Assembly (NCBI GenBank): GCA_048882385.1
Contig: JBHLRQ010000041.1
Coordinates: 1-25,217, forward strand
Reading direction: 5' to 3'
Source: Candidatus Thorarchaeota archaeon
GTDB lineage: Archaea > Asgardarchaeota > Thorarchaeia > Thorarchaeales > Thorarchaeaceae
DNA length: 25,217 nucleotides
Under the pieces are notes generated by a model, which saw only the letters and a program-made list of their open reading frames with translations, did no database searches and had not been told where the DNA came from. Shown here one piece after another: positions 1 through 8,677 of the stretch. The first letter of the stretch is position 1. The number at the start of each line of letters is the position of its first letter. The translations under genes and the position numbers were made by a program.

Positions 1-239
1 TCTTCATCCTCAACGAAGGTCAATCCAAGATCGTCTTTCAGACAAGATTCACAACGTTTTGCTGCAGCAATGAGGCCATCGTGAATAAAATCATCCAAAT
101 CCTTTGCACGTTCTTTGTTTCTACGCGCCCATTTGTTGAAACTATCTATCATCCTTAGTGCATCACGTACGCCCATCCAGTATTCGTCTGACCGTTTCTT
201 TTCTGAATCCACTACTGACACCAAGCTCTGGAGATTCAA
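1..239 (-). CDS. Hypothetical protein, partial (runs off the window start)
   Basis: Manual translation from TTG 239 (or GTG 221) is open to the edge: MNLQSLVSVVDSEKKRSDEYWMGVRDALRMIDSFNKWARRNKERAKDLDDFIHDGLIAAAKRCESCLKDDLGLTFVEDE. It has a CxxC and lies directly downstream of 271..819 on the same strand. Absent from the ORF track. Confidence 0.7.
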   Translation of the reverse strand, partial: MNLQSLVSVVDSEKKRSDEYWMGVRDALRMIDSFNKWARRNKERAKDLDDFIHDGLIAAAKRCESCLKDDLGLTFVEDE

Positions 240-270
240 GAATCGAGAAAAAGGTTCGTGTTACGTCTTG

Positions 271-819
271 TTATTTCTTCTTTTTCTTCACAGGTTTTTT
301 CTCAGTTTTGGCCTTCTTCCTGACTTTCTGTTTTTCCTTTACCTTCTTTTTCTCTGCTTTCTTTTCCTTCTCTCTCTTGGCTAGAATTTCGTCCATCAGA
401 TCATCAAAAATATGATGAATCTCAGTGCGTTTGAATTGGTCGAGAGTGGATTCGATTGTAACCACACGAGTTGGCACTTTGGGTCCAAGATTTTCTCGGA
501 CTTCATTTCTGTAAATAGTCTCCAATTCAGGATCAGGGTCTTTCAACACAATTATAGCTGAGCTTGCTCCCTTATAGGTCAAGGAAAGGAGAATGTCAAG
601 TGCGGCATGCTTTGGCGACATGAAGACTGCTCGGACCTCTGAATCTTCAGTAGAATGATCAGCTGATACAATTCGGATTCCATCAACTTTCACTACCGGA
701 TCAAAAGTTGAAAGGACATCTTCTAGAAGCGAATCATCAGGTCCTACAACTGTAATTTTGAAGAGATACTTTGATTTTGCCCTCTTGTTGATTTTCTTCT
801 TTGTGTCAGTTGGTGTCAT
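271..819 (-). CDS. Degenerate small-GTPase-like (Rab-like fold) protein with Lys-rich C-terminal tail
   Basis: YLFKITVVG, TYKGASSAIIVL and EIHHIFDDLMDEIL parallel Rab beta1, YYRGAxGIIVV and helix 5, but the G1/G3/G4 motifs are absent. Start placed at ATG 819 (MTPTDTKKK) after a G-rich SD-like stretch; the ORF track starts at 942. Confidence 0.6.
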   Translation of the reverse strand: MTPTDTKKKINKRAKSKYLFKITVVGPDDSLLEDVLSTFDPVVKVDGIRIVSADHSTEDSEVRAVFMSPKHAALDILLSLTYKGASSAIIVLKDPDPELETIYRNEVRENLGPKVPTRVVTIESTLDQFKRTEIHHIFDDLMDEILAKREKEKKAEKKKVKEKQKVRKKAKTEKKPVKKKKK

Positions 820-1017
820 TTGTTCAAACCCCCGCACCGTAGTATATTCATCATGAATGATATATACAGTGGCGTGCAATGCCTGATATCTAATCTGTTG
901 TTGATATGTCTTATGTGCGTTTTCAATCACATGATTTTGCATAGATTATTAAGCCAACTGGGAAGGCGACGTGGAAATGAGAATTATTTCGGGACCTCTT
1001 CAATGGATTGAACGAAA

Positions 1018-1383
1018 ATGAAACTACGAGAAATCTTGATTCTTGTGACAGGCTTTGTCATGCTAGGAGTGGGAGTGGCAATTTTAGCAGTCTTCGGAGA
1101 GAGTGGTCTCTTTGTGTTCCCTTTCTTTTTCATAGGTGATCCAGCGATTGGTCCTTTTTTGGTGATATTCTCCTTAGCTTTGGTTATACTCTTTTTCTGG
1201 TGGGCTAATAGTCAATATCCTGAAGATGCTCGGTTCGTGAAATATCAAAGATCGAGAGAGGAGTTCCTCAAAATTGGGGGGCAATGCCAGATTTGCGGAA
1301 ATCCCTTGCCAGAAAAGGCAGTATTTTGTTCGGCATGTGGAAGCGAAGTAAAATTCGATTTTTCAGATAATGATTCGTTCTGA
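1018..1383 (+). CDS. Small membrane protein with C-terminal zinc ribbon
   Basis: Two to three hydrophobic segments in the first ~62 aa, followed by CQICGNPLPEKAVFCSACG (CxxC...CxxC). Confidence 0.8.
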   Translation: MKLREILILVTGFVMLGVGVAILAVFGESGLFVFPFFFIGDPAIGPFLVIFSLALVILFFWWANSQYPEDARFVKYQRSREEFLKIGGQCQICGNPLPEKAVFCSACGSEVKFDFSDNDSF

Positions 1384-1402
1384 AGAAGTGAGTGTAACTG
1401 TA

Positions 1403-1870
1403 ATGAGTCTAGTAATTCGTCCAGTAAAATTGGAAGACCTAGATATAGTGATGGAGATTGAGCGAAAGTGCTTTCCTATTGCTTGGGAATATTCGGTATT
1501 TCTTACAATCTGCATGAATAATGGACGGATTGTTTCTAGGGACATGGGCATGATTCTAATGGATGTTCTTGAAAAAAGTGGAGAGATTATTGGGTATACT
1601 GTCTGGGAAACAGATACTCAGAGTAAAAGAGGTCATATACTCAACCTGGCAGTGATTGAAGAAGAACGACGAAAAGGATACGCAAAGCAACTCATTCATC
1701 ATGTCCATGAGAACCTCAAGACAACAGGTTTTGTTTCTTGTCATCTTGAAGTCCGAGAGAGTAACGTAGCAGCTCGGAAGCTCTATGAAAACTGCGGATA
1801 CGTACTCTCCGATAGAATAATTGGTTATTATTTCGATGAGGATGCGATTGAGTATAGCATAAACCTTTGA
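1403..1870 (+). CDS. rimI: GNAT N-acetyltransferase, RimI/Ard1 family
   Basis: GHILNLAV..ERRKGYAKQL (acetyl-CoA motif A), LEVRESNVAARKLYENCGY and GYYFDEDA. Likely start ATG 1403 (MSLVIRP); the ORF track starts at 1370. Confidence 0.88.
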   Translation: MSLVIRPVKLEDLDIVMEIERKCFPIAWEYSVFLTICMNNGRIVSRDMGMILMDVLEKSGEIIGYTVWETDTQSKRGHILNLAVIEEERRKGYAKQLIHHVHENLKTTGFVSCHLEVRESNVAARKLYENCGYVLSDRIIGYYFDEDAIEYSINL

Positions 1871-4800
1871 CTATGCGATTCGACCTTTGATTAGCTGAGG
1901 TCCTAGAACATCATGATATAACTTCAGATAGGCTTCATCTTCAGAAACTACTGAAATAAGGCTCTTTGAATCAAGTGCGCCTCCAACCAAGATTTCTTTA
2001 TCATCCATCACACTAAGAAGCATTGGTGTTTTGGAATGCCAAATCCGCCAACCGCTCAAAGTTTCAAGCTCCTCTCCCGGTTCATCAGGTTCGGGAATTA
2101 TGAGGACCTTTCGCTTGGCAGTTCTGGCTTTGGAGAGCTGGGCTAAATCCAGACATGCCAAATCAGGAACTGAGATCACAACTGATTCTTTAGCTCGCCT
2201 TGCCATGTCGCTGATGTGAGCGCAGGACTCTTCAAAACCACTGAGATACCAAGTTCTGTCAGCATTCACGTCAAGAAGAATATCCATAGCTTTATGGATT
2301 GCATCAAGAATATCTACCGCTTTTGTTGTGATGTCAGTTACATTAGAAACAGTTTCAAGAACGGTCTGATTCAGAGATGAGATCTTTTTCTTCTGATCGT
2401 TCGATGTTCTTCGTAATGTCTTGTCAATTGCATCGTTGAATTCTGTTAATGCATCTCTTCGAGTCTGTTGCAGAACTGATACTGCTTCAGCTGTTTCATT
2501 ACTTGCCTCAGTAACAGAATCTGTCAAGACAAGATTCTTTCTAGCTAATTCAGATCTTGCTTTCTCTGTCAAATACGATGATTCTGTACTCAACTGCGTC
2601 TTTAGGTCGAGACCAATTGCTTCTAGCTTTCGTGCAGCTTGCTGGTTTGTTAAGTTTGCACTTTGGCGAATAGCCTCGATTGCTTCATTTCTTTTCTCAG
2701 TGGTTTGTATAGAAGATTGTTCCAAGAGATTTCTGAATTCTTCTGAAGCTGATTCAGATGATCTATGGAACTCCGTAAATGAGGAAGCAAGTTTGTCTAC
2801 TACAACACTATAGCTTTGGTTTGTTTCTTCTGAAATAATAGTGTCCAATTCTTCTATTTTCTCAGCAATCTTGCTTGGCATCTTTGTGAATGCATCAGTT
2901 CCTTTGGCTAAAGCAATAGCACAATCTGAACCAAATGCATTGATTCGTTCAGTTACTTCAGCTTCAGAATTTGAAATGAGTTCAGTGGTTATTTCAGCAA
3001 AACGATTGATTGCTTCTTCACCACGTTCCGCGATGGAAACAGACGCTTCATCAGCGGATTTTAACAAATCATTCTGTAAGAGCGTCAATTCGTTTCTAAG
3101 TTTTGTACCGAAGGTTTCTAGAGATGTTGCAACATTTGAAACTGTTGAATCAACCCAAACTGATGCTGCATCAAATGCCTGAGCGACTTCAGCTCTGCGA
3201 GCTTCAACCGCACGGATGACTTCATCCTTTGCACTATTTCTGTCCTTGACTCCTCCAGTTTCCCGTTCAGAAAGAAGAGCGTGAAATTCTTCTATATTTG
3301 CAGATGAAGCTTTAACTCGCTTTGTTGCGAGACGGTTTATTTTCTTGCTCGTGTCAGCCAGAACTCTCTGTTTGTGGTCTTTCTGTTCGGAAATGAATGA
3401 ATCAGCAATACTCTTTGCAGCCGCAGAACTCTTCTCGAGAGAAGTTGATGTATCTGCTCGAACATTATCCAATCGTTCTGCAATATTGTCTCGAGCTGCA
3501 TCGACTGATTGGTTGAACTCAAGAGAAACCTGATTCATTGTATCAGTGAACTGCTTTATAGTACCAGATTCCATTTCTCGTAGACTTTCTTCAGTACTCT
3601 GAATGGATGCCTCCAGCTTACTTAATGCAGCTGCCATACTCTCAGAAATTTCTAATCTCTTTTGAACTGCAACTTCTTCAAGGCTCTTCTTGACTCCAGC
3701 AACCGATGAAGCAACTTCATCAATTTTCATTCCTAACTCAGCTGAATACTCTTGCTGAAGTTTTTGTGAGTCTTCCTTGAGACTAGTCATCTCATTTTTC
3801 AGTGAGGTTTTGAATTCTGTATGTGCGGATGCAATAAGATCTCGTGCCTCAACTGTCTGACTTGAAAGAAGTCCATTGAAAGTTGCCTCAAGACCTTGAG
3901 TCAATGTGATAAACTGTTGAGTTATGTCATCTAGATGAGTATGGAATTCTTCTCGAATCGCCATTGTATGTTGTTCAATTCTGGAGTCTTGTTGTTTTAT
4001 GGTAGAATCAATTTCAGATTGAATTCGATTTGCGTGAGAGTTTATTTCATTGATACTTTGTGTCATCCTTTTATCTAGACGGTTCCTAAGTTGCTGGTAG
4101 AGACTTTTTGAATCACGTGCTTGTTTTTCAGCTGTTGTAGTGAAACTACCAATGAGTTCCTCCAATCTTGCTCCTACACTTGCTTCGTAGTTGTGTGTAG
4201 TAGTTTTAATGGAGGTAATCAATGCCTCATTTTTAGCTGTTGTTGATTTAATGATAGAATTGAAAGCGGATTGTAGGCGGCTATTCATTGTTTCTGCAAT
4301 GCTATGCAATTCAGTGGTTTCTGTATTCAGGATATTGCTTACATCTGTTGATGTATCGCCGAGTTTTTTTTCAATTGATTGGATGGTTGATGCCACCCAT
4401 CCATCAAGTTCAGAGTGTAGTGCTTTTGTTGCGGCATCGCAACTTTTCTGTTCTTTGAGATTCTGTTGTTCCAAAAGGTCGAGTACTAAAACCCTAGTAT
4501 CAGCTAGAGTTGTTTCACAATCATTGCCAAGTGTTGTACCTAAGTTTTGTAGTTCATCATACTCTTCCTTAACCATTCCATTCAATTTCTCTATATGTGA
4601 GGTCAAAGTATTTTTCATAACATCAATATAGTTTGCATCTGTTGAGGCAACTTGGTCGAGCTGCGATGTCACGGATTGGGATGCAACATCCATGAAACTA
4701 GACACCTCGTCTTTCCAAGACTCTACTGCACTGATTACTGATTCAGCAATCTCAGCACTGGCACCAATCTGACCTTTTACAAAGTCACTAAAATCAGCTG

Positions 4801-5764
4801 GAATTGTTCTTGCTTCCACAAGAACTTCTCGGAGGGATTCCTGACCAGCAGTATAGGTTTGTTCAAGTTGACTTTCAACACGAGTAAGAAGCTGAGTGAG
4901 GTCGCCAGAAACAGTGTTTAATACCTCGACACCTTCATCGGATGCATTTGAAACCATCGAGCTAAGTGTTTTTGTTGTTTTCTGGGCGATTTTATGAAGG
5001 ACCTCTGATGATGCAGTTAATGTATTTGTTACTGCATCCCTCGCAGCCTTGATCAGACTTGCAGATTTGGATTCGAATTCTGTGATTGTTGTAAGTGTAG
5101 TTTTTCGTTCAACTTTTAACCACTTATCAAATTCACTTGATATCCGTTTAACATCCCGCTCTAAAGCCAGTTGACTCTTATCAATCTCCTTCTGGAGTTC
5201 CATGATTTTGGACCCCAACCGGTTATCTAAGGTGTTGTCAAGTTTGTTCATTATTTCCTCAAGATCTTCAGACAATGACTCCATCACTGTACTTGCGCTA
5301 GTCTTCACTTGTTCAATACGACTTCTAACAAGCTCTGACATACTATCCTCATAGGTTGCCAGTGATTCACTTACTTTTTCGAGTGACTTATCTTTTGATT
5401 CAATGACCTTCCTAATTGCATTATCAATTGCATCAATACTTGAGCTAAAAGCTTTCTCAGAAATACTAGTAAGGTCTGAAACTTCATTGTTGACAGCTGC
5501 TAGCTCATTAAGAAGTGAGAGATTTGGAGGTATTGCCCGATAGACAGGTACGATTCCTTCAATCTCTTTGATTAGTCCTTTCTTCACAAGTCGCCCAAGT
5601 GTTTTCTTGACTGTAGGGACTGTTTCTCCAATCATTTGAGAAACTCCGCCCACAGTCATATTCCCTCCAATTAAAATAGGGAGAATCGCCTTGGACTCGG
5701 CATTCGTTATGCCTAGATTCTTTTTCAATACGGAAACTACTTCCGTAACTGCTTCATTACTCAT
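1871..5764 (-). CDS. Giant TrmB-like wHTH + ~1080-aa coiled-coil + PLD-like (TrmB effector-type) domain protein
   Basis: N-terminus LGITNAESKAILPILIGGNMTVGGVSQMIG..VKKTLGRLVKKGLI..YRAIPP resembles the TrmB wHTH. The long middle is amphipathic and nearly Pro-free. C-terminus ISDMARRAKESVVISVP..LLSVMDDKEILVG is PLD-like without a canonical HxKxxxxD. Start taken as ATG 5764 (ORF track 5797). Confidence 0.8.
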   Translation of the reverse strand: MSNEAVTEVVSVLKKNLGITNAESKAILPILIGGNMTVGGVSQMIGETVPTVKKTLGRLVKKGLIKEIEGIVPVYRAIPPNLSLLNELAAVNNEVSDLTSISEKAFSSSIDAIDNAIRKVIESKDKSLEKVSESLATYEDSMSELVRSRIEQVKTSASTVMESLSEDLEEIMNKLDNTLDNRLGSKIMELQKEIDKSQLALERDVKRISSEFDKWLKVERKTTLTTITEFESKSASLIKAARDAVTNTLTASSEVLHKIAQKTTKTLSSMVSNASDEGVEVLNTVSGDLTQLLTRVESQLEQTYTAGQESLREVLVEARTIPADFSDFVKGQIGASAEIAESVISAVESWKDEVSSFMDVASQSVTSQLDQVASTDANYIDVMKNTLTSHIEKLNGMVKEEYDELQNLGTTLGNDCETTLADTRVLVLDLLEQQNLKEQKSCDAATKALHSELDGWVASTIQSIEKKLGDTSTDVSNILNTETTELHSIAETMNSRLQSAFNSIIKSTTAKNEALITSIKTTTHNYEASVGARLEELIGSFTTTAEKQARDSKSLYQQLRNRLDKRMTQSINEINSHANRIQSEIDSTIKQQDSRIEQHTMAIREEFHTHLDDITQQFITLTQGLEATFNGLLSSQTVEARDLIASAHTEFKTSLKNEMTSLKEDSQKLQQEYSAELGMKIDEVASSVAGVKKSLEEVAVQKRLEISESMAAALSKLEASIQSTEESLREMESGTIKQFTDTMNQVSLEFNQSVDAARDNIAERLDNVRADTSTSLEKSSAAAKSIADSFISEQKDHKQRVLADTSKKINRLATKRVKASSANIEEFHALLSERETGGVKDRNSAKDEVIRAVEARRAEVAQAFDAASVWVDSTVSNVATSLETFGTKLRNELTLLQNDLLKSADEASVSIAERGEEAINRFAEITTELISNSEAEVTERINAFGSDCAIALAKGTDAFTKMPSKIAEKIEELDTIISEETNQSYSVVVDKLASSFTEFHRSSESASEEFRNLLEQSSIQTTEKRNEAIEAIRQSANLTNQQAARKLEAIGLDLKTQLSTESSYLTEKARSELARKNLVLTDSVTEASNETAEAVSVLQQTRRDALTEFNDAIDKTLRRTSNDQKKKISSLNQTVLETVSNVTDITTKAVDILDAIHKAMDILLDVNADRTWYLSGFEESCAHISDMARRAKESVVISVPDLACLDLAQLSKARTAKRKVLIIPEPDEPGEELETLSGWRIWHSKTPMLLSVMDDKEILVGGALDSKSLISVVSEDEAYLKLYHDVLGPQLIKGRIA

Positions 5765-5828
5765 ATGTGCATCCCACCGTTGAAACGGACTATCCATATA
5801 GAGTGGCGTCCTGTTTCTTTTACTCGGT

Positions 5829-6632
5829 TCATAACTTTGATACTTGATCGAACAGATCTCTTAGTTGACCTACCTCAATAAGTGGAGACTCACCATCTAC
5901 AATAACCTCCGCACGTAGCTTGGTAGAGTCATCAACTTCATCGATGTAAACAGTATCGAAGTGTTTAGCTGACTCACTCTTCGCAATACCTCTTACATCA
6001 GTTGGCTCTTTACCATGGACATCAAATGTAAGAAGCCACCAATTCAAGGTCAAATCAGTTACTTTTGTTTTCAAATCATAATAGTTTGAGAATAGCTCGC
6101 AATAGAGTCTGAATATTACAAAATCATCGATCCGATCAAGGATTGGATTTAGAGTCACAATCTCTCTGGTGAAATCAAACCGAAACAGAAAGCCATCACC
6201 CACTATCAACATAATATCCTTTTCATTAACTGAAGAGAAGTTCTTCCAAATCTTTTTGAATTTGGTAGAGAAATGTCGAATCGAGCTTACATTCAAAGTT
6301 GAGAGTAAATCTTTGATAGGAATTCGTCGATCTTCCATTCCACGACCCTTATTCTCCATTATGAAACGTCGTATCTGTTCTAGATACTGACTATAGCAAA
6401 AGCTAGGCAAATCTTGGGGTCTAACTCCAATCTCTATGAGCGCATTCAAGAAGTTCCTATTTGTACATCGAGGCCGAACAGTACAACTTAGCCGATCCTC
6501 TTGACAGGCAGTACATTTTGCCTCATGTAGCTCGATTAATTCTTTGGCCAGCTGATTATCCGCCACAGCATCAAGCAGGCTTATTCTTGTAGCTAGTTCA
6601 TTCTTATGCTTCTTTAGTTCCATGGAGGTCAC
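5829..6632 (-). CDS. Hypothetical protein with Cys cluster (putative metal-binding)
   Basis: 267-aa ORF with HEAKCTACQEDRLSCTVRPRC...FC. It ends 64 bp upstream of the proposed start of the giant coiled-coil gene, on the same strand. Confidence 0.8.
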   Translation of the reverse strand: MTSMELKKHKNELATRISLLDAVADNQLAKELIELHEAKCTACQEDRLSCTVRPRCTNRNFLNALIEIGVRPQDLPSFCYSQYLEQIRRFIMENKGRGMEDRRIPIKDLLSTLNVSSIRHFSTKFKKIWKNFSSVNEKDIMLIVGDGFLFRFDFTREIVTLNPILDRIDDFVIFRLYCELFSNYYDLKTKVTDLTLNWWLLTFDVHGKEPTDVRGIAKSESAKHFDTVYIDEVDDSTKLRAEVIVDGESPLIEVGQLRDLFDQVSKL

Positions 6633-6788
6633 AAACCACTCAAGTATTCTTAGTGAGCAGGAGTTGATTCTGCTCGATTTTCTTCGTCATCGAGTCACTG
6701 AAAGTGAGTCTAATTGCGCATTGTGGTTTCACCGAGATAAACCTATGTAACAGGAACTGGTTTTTTGATTGAGTTTTAGTTGCTATTA

Positions 6789-7742
6789 TCAACCCTTAGT
6801 CGTTTCTTTCAACTTACTGGTCCATGATTTAATATCTCGACTCAAACTAGCAATATCATTCTCATTCAAAGTTGCAGTAGGTGGATATGATTTCAATTCT
6901 CGAGCACGTTTTCCAAACTGAAATAGCACTGGTGTGTGGCCTTCGATTTGTGTTGTAAGTTGATCACGAACATCTTCAAGAGCTTCGGCCATATCAGTAG
7001 CTTCTGTTTGAGGGACAACGAGATCCAATAATCCTGACATTAGACTGTCAATTGTAGATGGCAAACTAGCCTTGGTCGGTTCTCTGACCTTAGGCGCTTC
7101 CTGATCTTTCGTTTCTTTTGGTTTCTTGGAAGGCGTTTCAGATTCTGCTACAAAACTTTGACCCTCTTCCATGAACTTCGTAAGTAAATCAACAGCTTCT
7201 GTGACTTTGTCGATCGAGATATTGTACTTGCGTTCGATATCATCTAGTTGGCGTACTATGATTCCAACAATCTCATTAGTTTCTCCTAGTTGCGATCCTA
7301 GGTCTTGGACTTTTTCCTCAAGACCGGATAGGCTGGCAATATATCCTTCAAGATCATCGAGTTTCTTTGCTAGAACTTCAACATCAGCTATTGATACAAG
7401 AATGTCATCAATTTTTTTGATAATGACTTCAGCTTCTTTTGAGTCTTTGATTTCCTTTAAATCAGAACCGAAACCTGAAACGGATTTGGTAATCTCATCA
7501 AGTTTCTTTGTTGTGTCTAATCCCTTCACAGACTTGACTAATTCATCTATTTTCTTTCCAACTATCTCGAAATTATCATCGACTTCCTTTAACTCAGAAT
7601 CCAAAGCATCTATCTTCTTATTCATCTCTTCTACAGAGTTGATTGCCTTTAGTTCCTCGCGTAGTCCTGTAAGCTCTTCAGAGAGCTTGTCTACCTTCTT
7701 TTGAATTGCCTCAAGTGCTTCATCGCTTTTCTCTGGTGCCAT
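6789..7742 (-). CDS. Coiled-coil protein with C-terminal helical-bundle domain
   Basis: About 190 aa of heptad-like repeats (KKVDKL, KKIDAL, KKIDEL, KKLDEI, KKIDDI, KKLDDL), a charged linker and an ~85-aa helical C-domain ending IKSWTSKL. A GGGGATG SD-like element precedes the ATG. Confidence 0.82.
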   Translation of the reverse strand: MAPEKSDEALEAIQKKVDKLSEELTGLREELKAINSVEEMNKKIDALDSELKEVDDNFEIVGKKIDELVKSVKGLDTTKKLDEITKSVSGFGSDLKEIKDSKEAEVIIKKIDDILVSIADVEVLAKKLDDLEGYIASLSGLEEKVQDLGSQLGETNEIVGIIVRQLDDIERKYNISIDKVTEAVDLLTKFMEEGQSFVAESETPSKKPKETKDQEAPKVREPTKASLPSTIDSLMSGLLDLVVPQTEATDMAEALEDVRDQLTTQIEGHTPVLFQFGKRARELKSYPPTATLNENDIASLSRDIKSWTSKLKETTKG

Positions 7743-7837
7743 AGCATCCCCTACTGAGGTCGCGATAGTGTGGGTTTTGTGTCGGGGAGGTAAATTAGCC
7801 TTTCGGGAATGTAATAATGAATATCAAAAACCTAATT

Positions 7838-8668
7838 CTATGCATTCTTTGCACGAATTATCTCAATATTTGCGTTTTCGAGCAATGGAAAGAGATGTGC
7901 TTTATTCTCAGCATTGGTTCCCTTCCAATCAATCACTGCTTTTACGATTGGATTTGTTGAAAGATCTATCATCTGTCGAAGAACTTCTGGGGTTAAATCA
8001 TCAATCGCATACTTTGGAGCCATGTGACCAATCTTGTAACCTTTCTCTAGGACAAGTTTGTTGAATTTACTTGCATAGTGGGTTCCTCCAAATCCGATCA
8101 CTGCATCCCCTATGAGTGGCTCCGAAACACACACTATTGCAGCAGCTGCAACTGCTCTAGCACCTTCTTCATGAGTCCAGTATTCTTCAGAGCTTCCCAG
8201 TTCGATAAAAACGAGTGGTGTTTTCAATGAGGTTGGTCCATGATGAGTTACTTCAAGCGATACATCAAACTCTTTCAGTTCTAGTCTACTACATTCTTGA
8301 TTTAATTTTCTAAGAGCAGCTGATACCAAAGATGGAGCAGAAATTGAGAGTTGCTGTGGATATCCACCAAAAAGAGATTGACTCCCAAGATTCCCTGTGC
8401 TATGAACTAGTAGAGCTGGTTTTCCAGACTCAGCTCTGTGACGAGAACAAAAAATGAAAACTTCTGCATCAAAATGACTATCCAGATGGTCACAATGGAT
8501 CAAATCACGGTTTGTTGTTATGAGTAGATTATCATCAGATTGGTAAACTTTGCTACCTTCGAATTCATCGCCTGATTCGGAAAATCCATACTCATTCAGG
8601 AGAATGTTCTTGATTGTGAGACTTGCAATATCTTGTTCCGAAGTAACTAGAACCCTCAAACTGTTCAT
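7838..8668 (-). CDS. dtdA: D-aminoacyl-tRNA deacylase (archaeal DTD2/GEK1 type)
   Basis: FCSRHRAESGKPALLVHSTGN, SLEVTHHGPT, FIELGSSEEYW, IGFGGTHYA and GHMAPKY are typical of the family. Confidence 0.93.
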   Translation of the reverse strand: MNSLRVLVTSEQDIASLTIKNILLNEYGFSESGDEFEGSKVYQSDDNLLITTNRDLIHCDHLDSHFDAEVFIFCSRHRAESGKPALLVHSTGNLGSQSLFGGYPQQLSISAPSLVSAALRKLNQECSRLELKEFDVSLEVTHHGPTSLKTPLVFIELGSSEEYWTHEEGARAVAAAAIVCVSEPLIGDAVIGFGGTHYASKFNKLVLEKGYKIGHMAPKYAIDDLTPEVLRQMIDLSTNPIVKAVIDWKGTNAENKAHLFPLLENANIEIIRAKNA

Positions 8669-8677
8669 CCTCAAAAT

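Noticed and set aside
115-415. Phe/Leu-rich plus-strand ORFs resembling membrane proteins
   Set aside because: They are antisense to the Lys-rich tail of the 271..819 gene; the AAA/AAG codons read as TTT/CTT.
2031-4631. Plus-strand ORFs inside the giant gene (also 7171..7704, 19510..20097, 21886..22308 and similar)
   Set aside because: These are Ser-rich antisense shadows of well-supported genes on the opposite strand.
1871-5797. SMC/Rad50 or active phospholipase D/nuclease annotation for the giant protein
   Set aside because: There are no Walker A/B or signature motifs. The HSK near the C-terminus is not spaced as HxKxxxxD.
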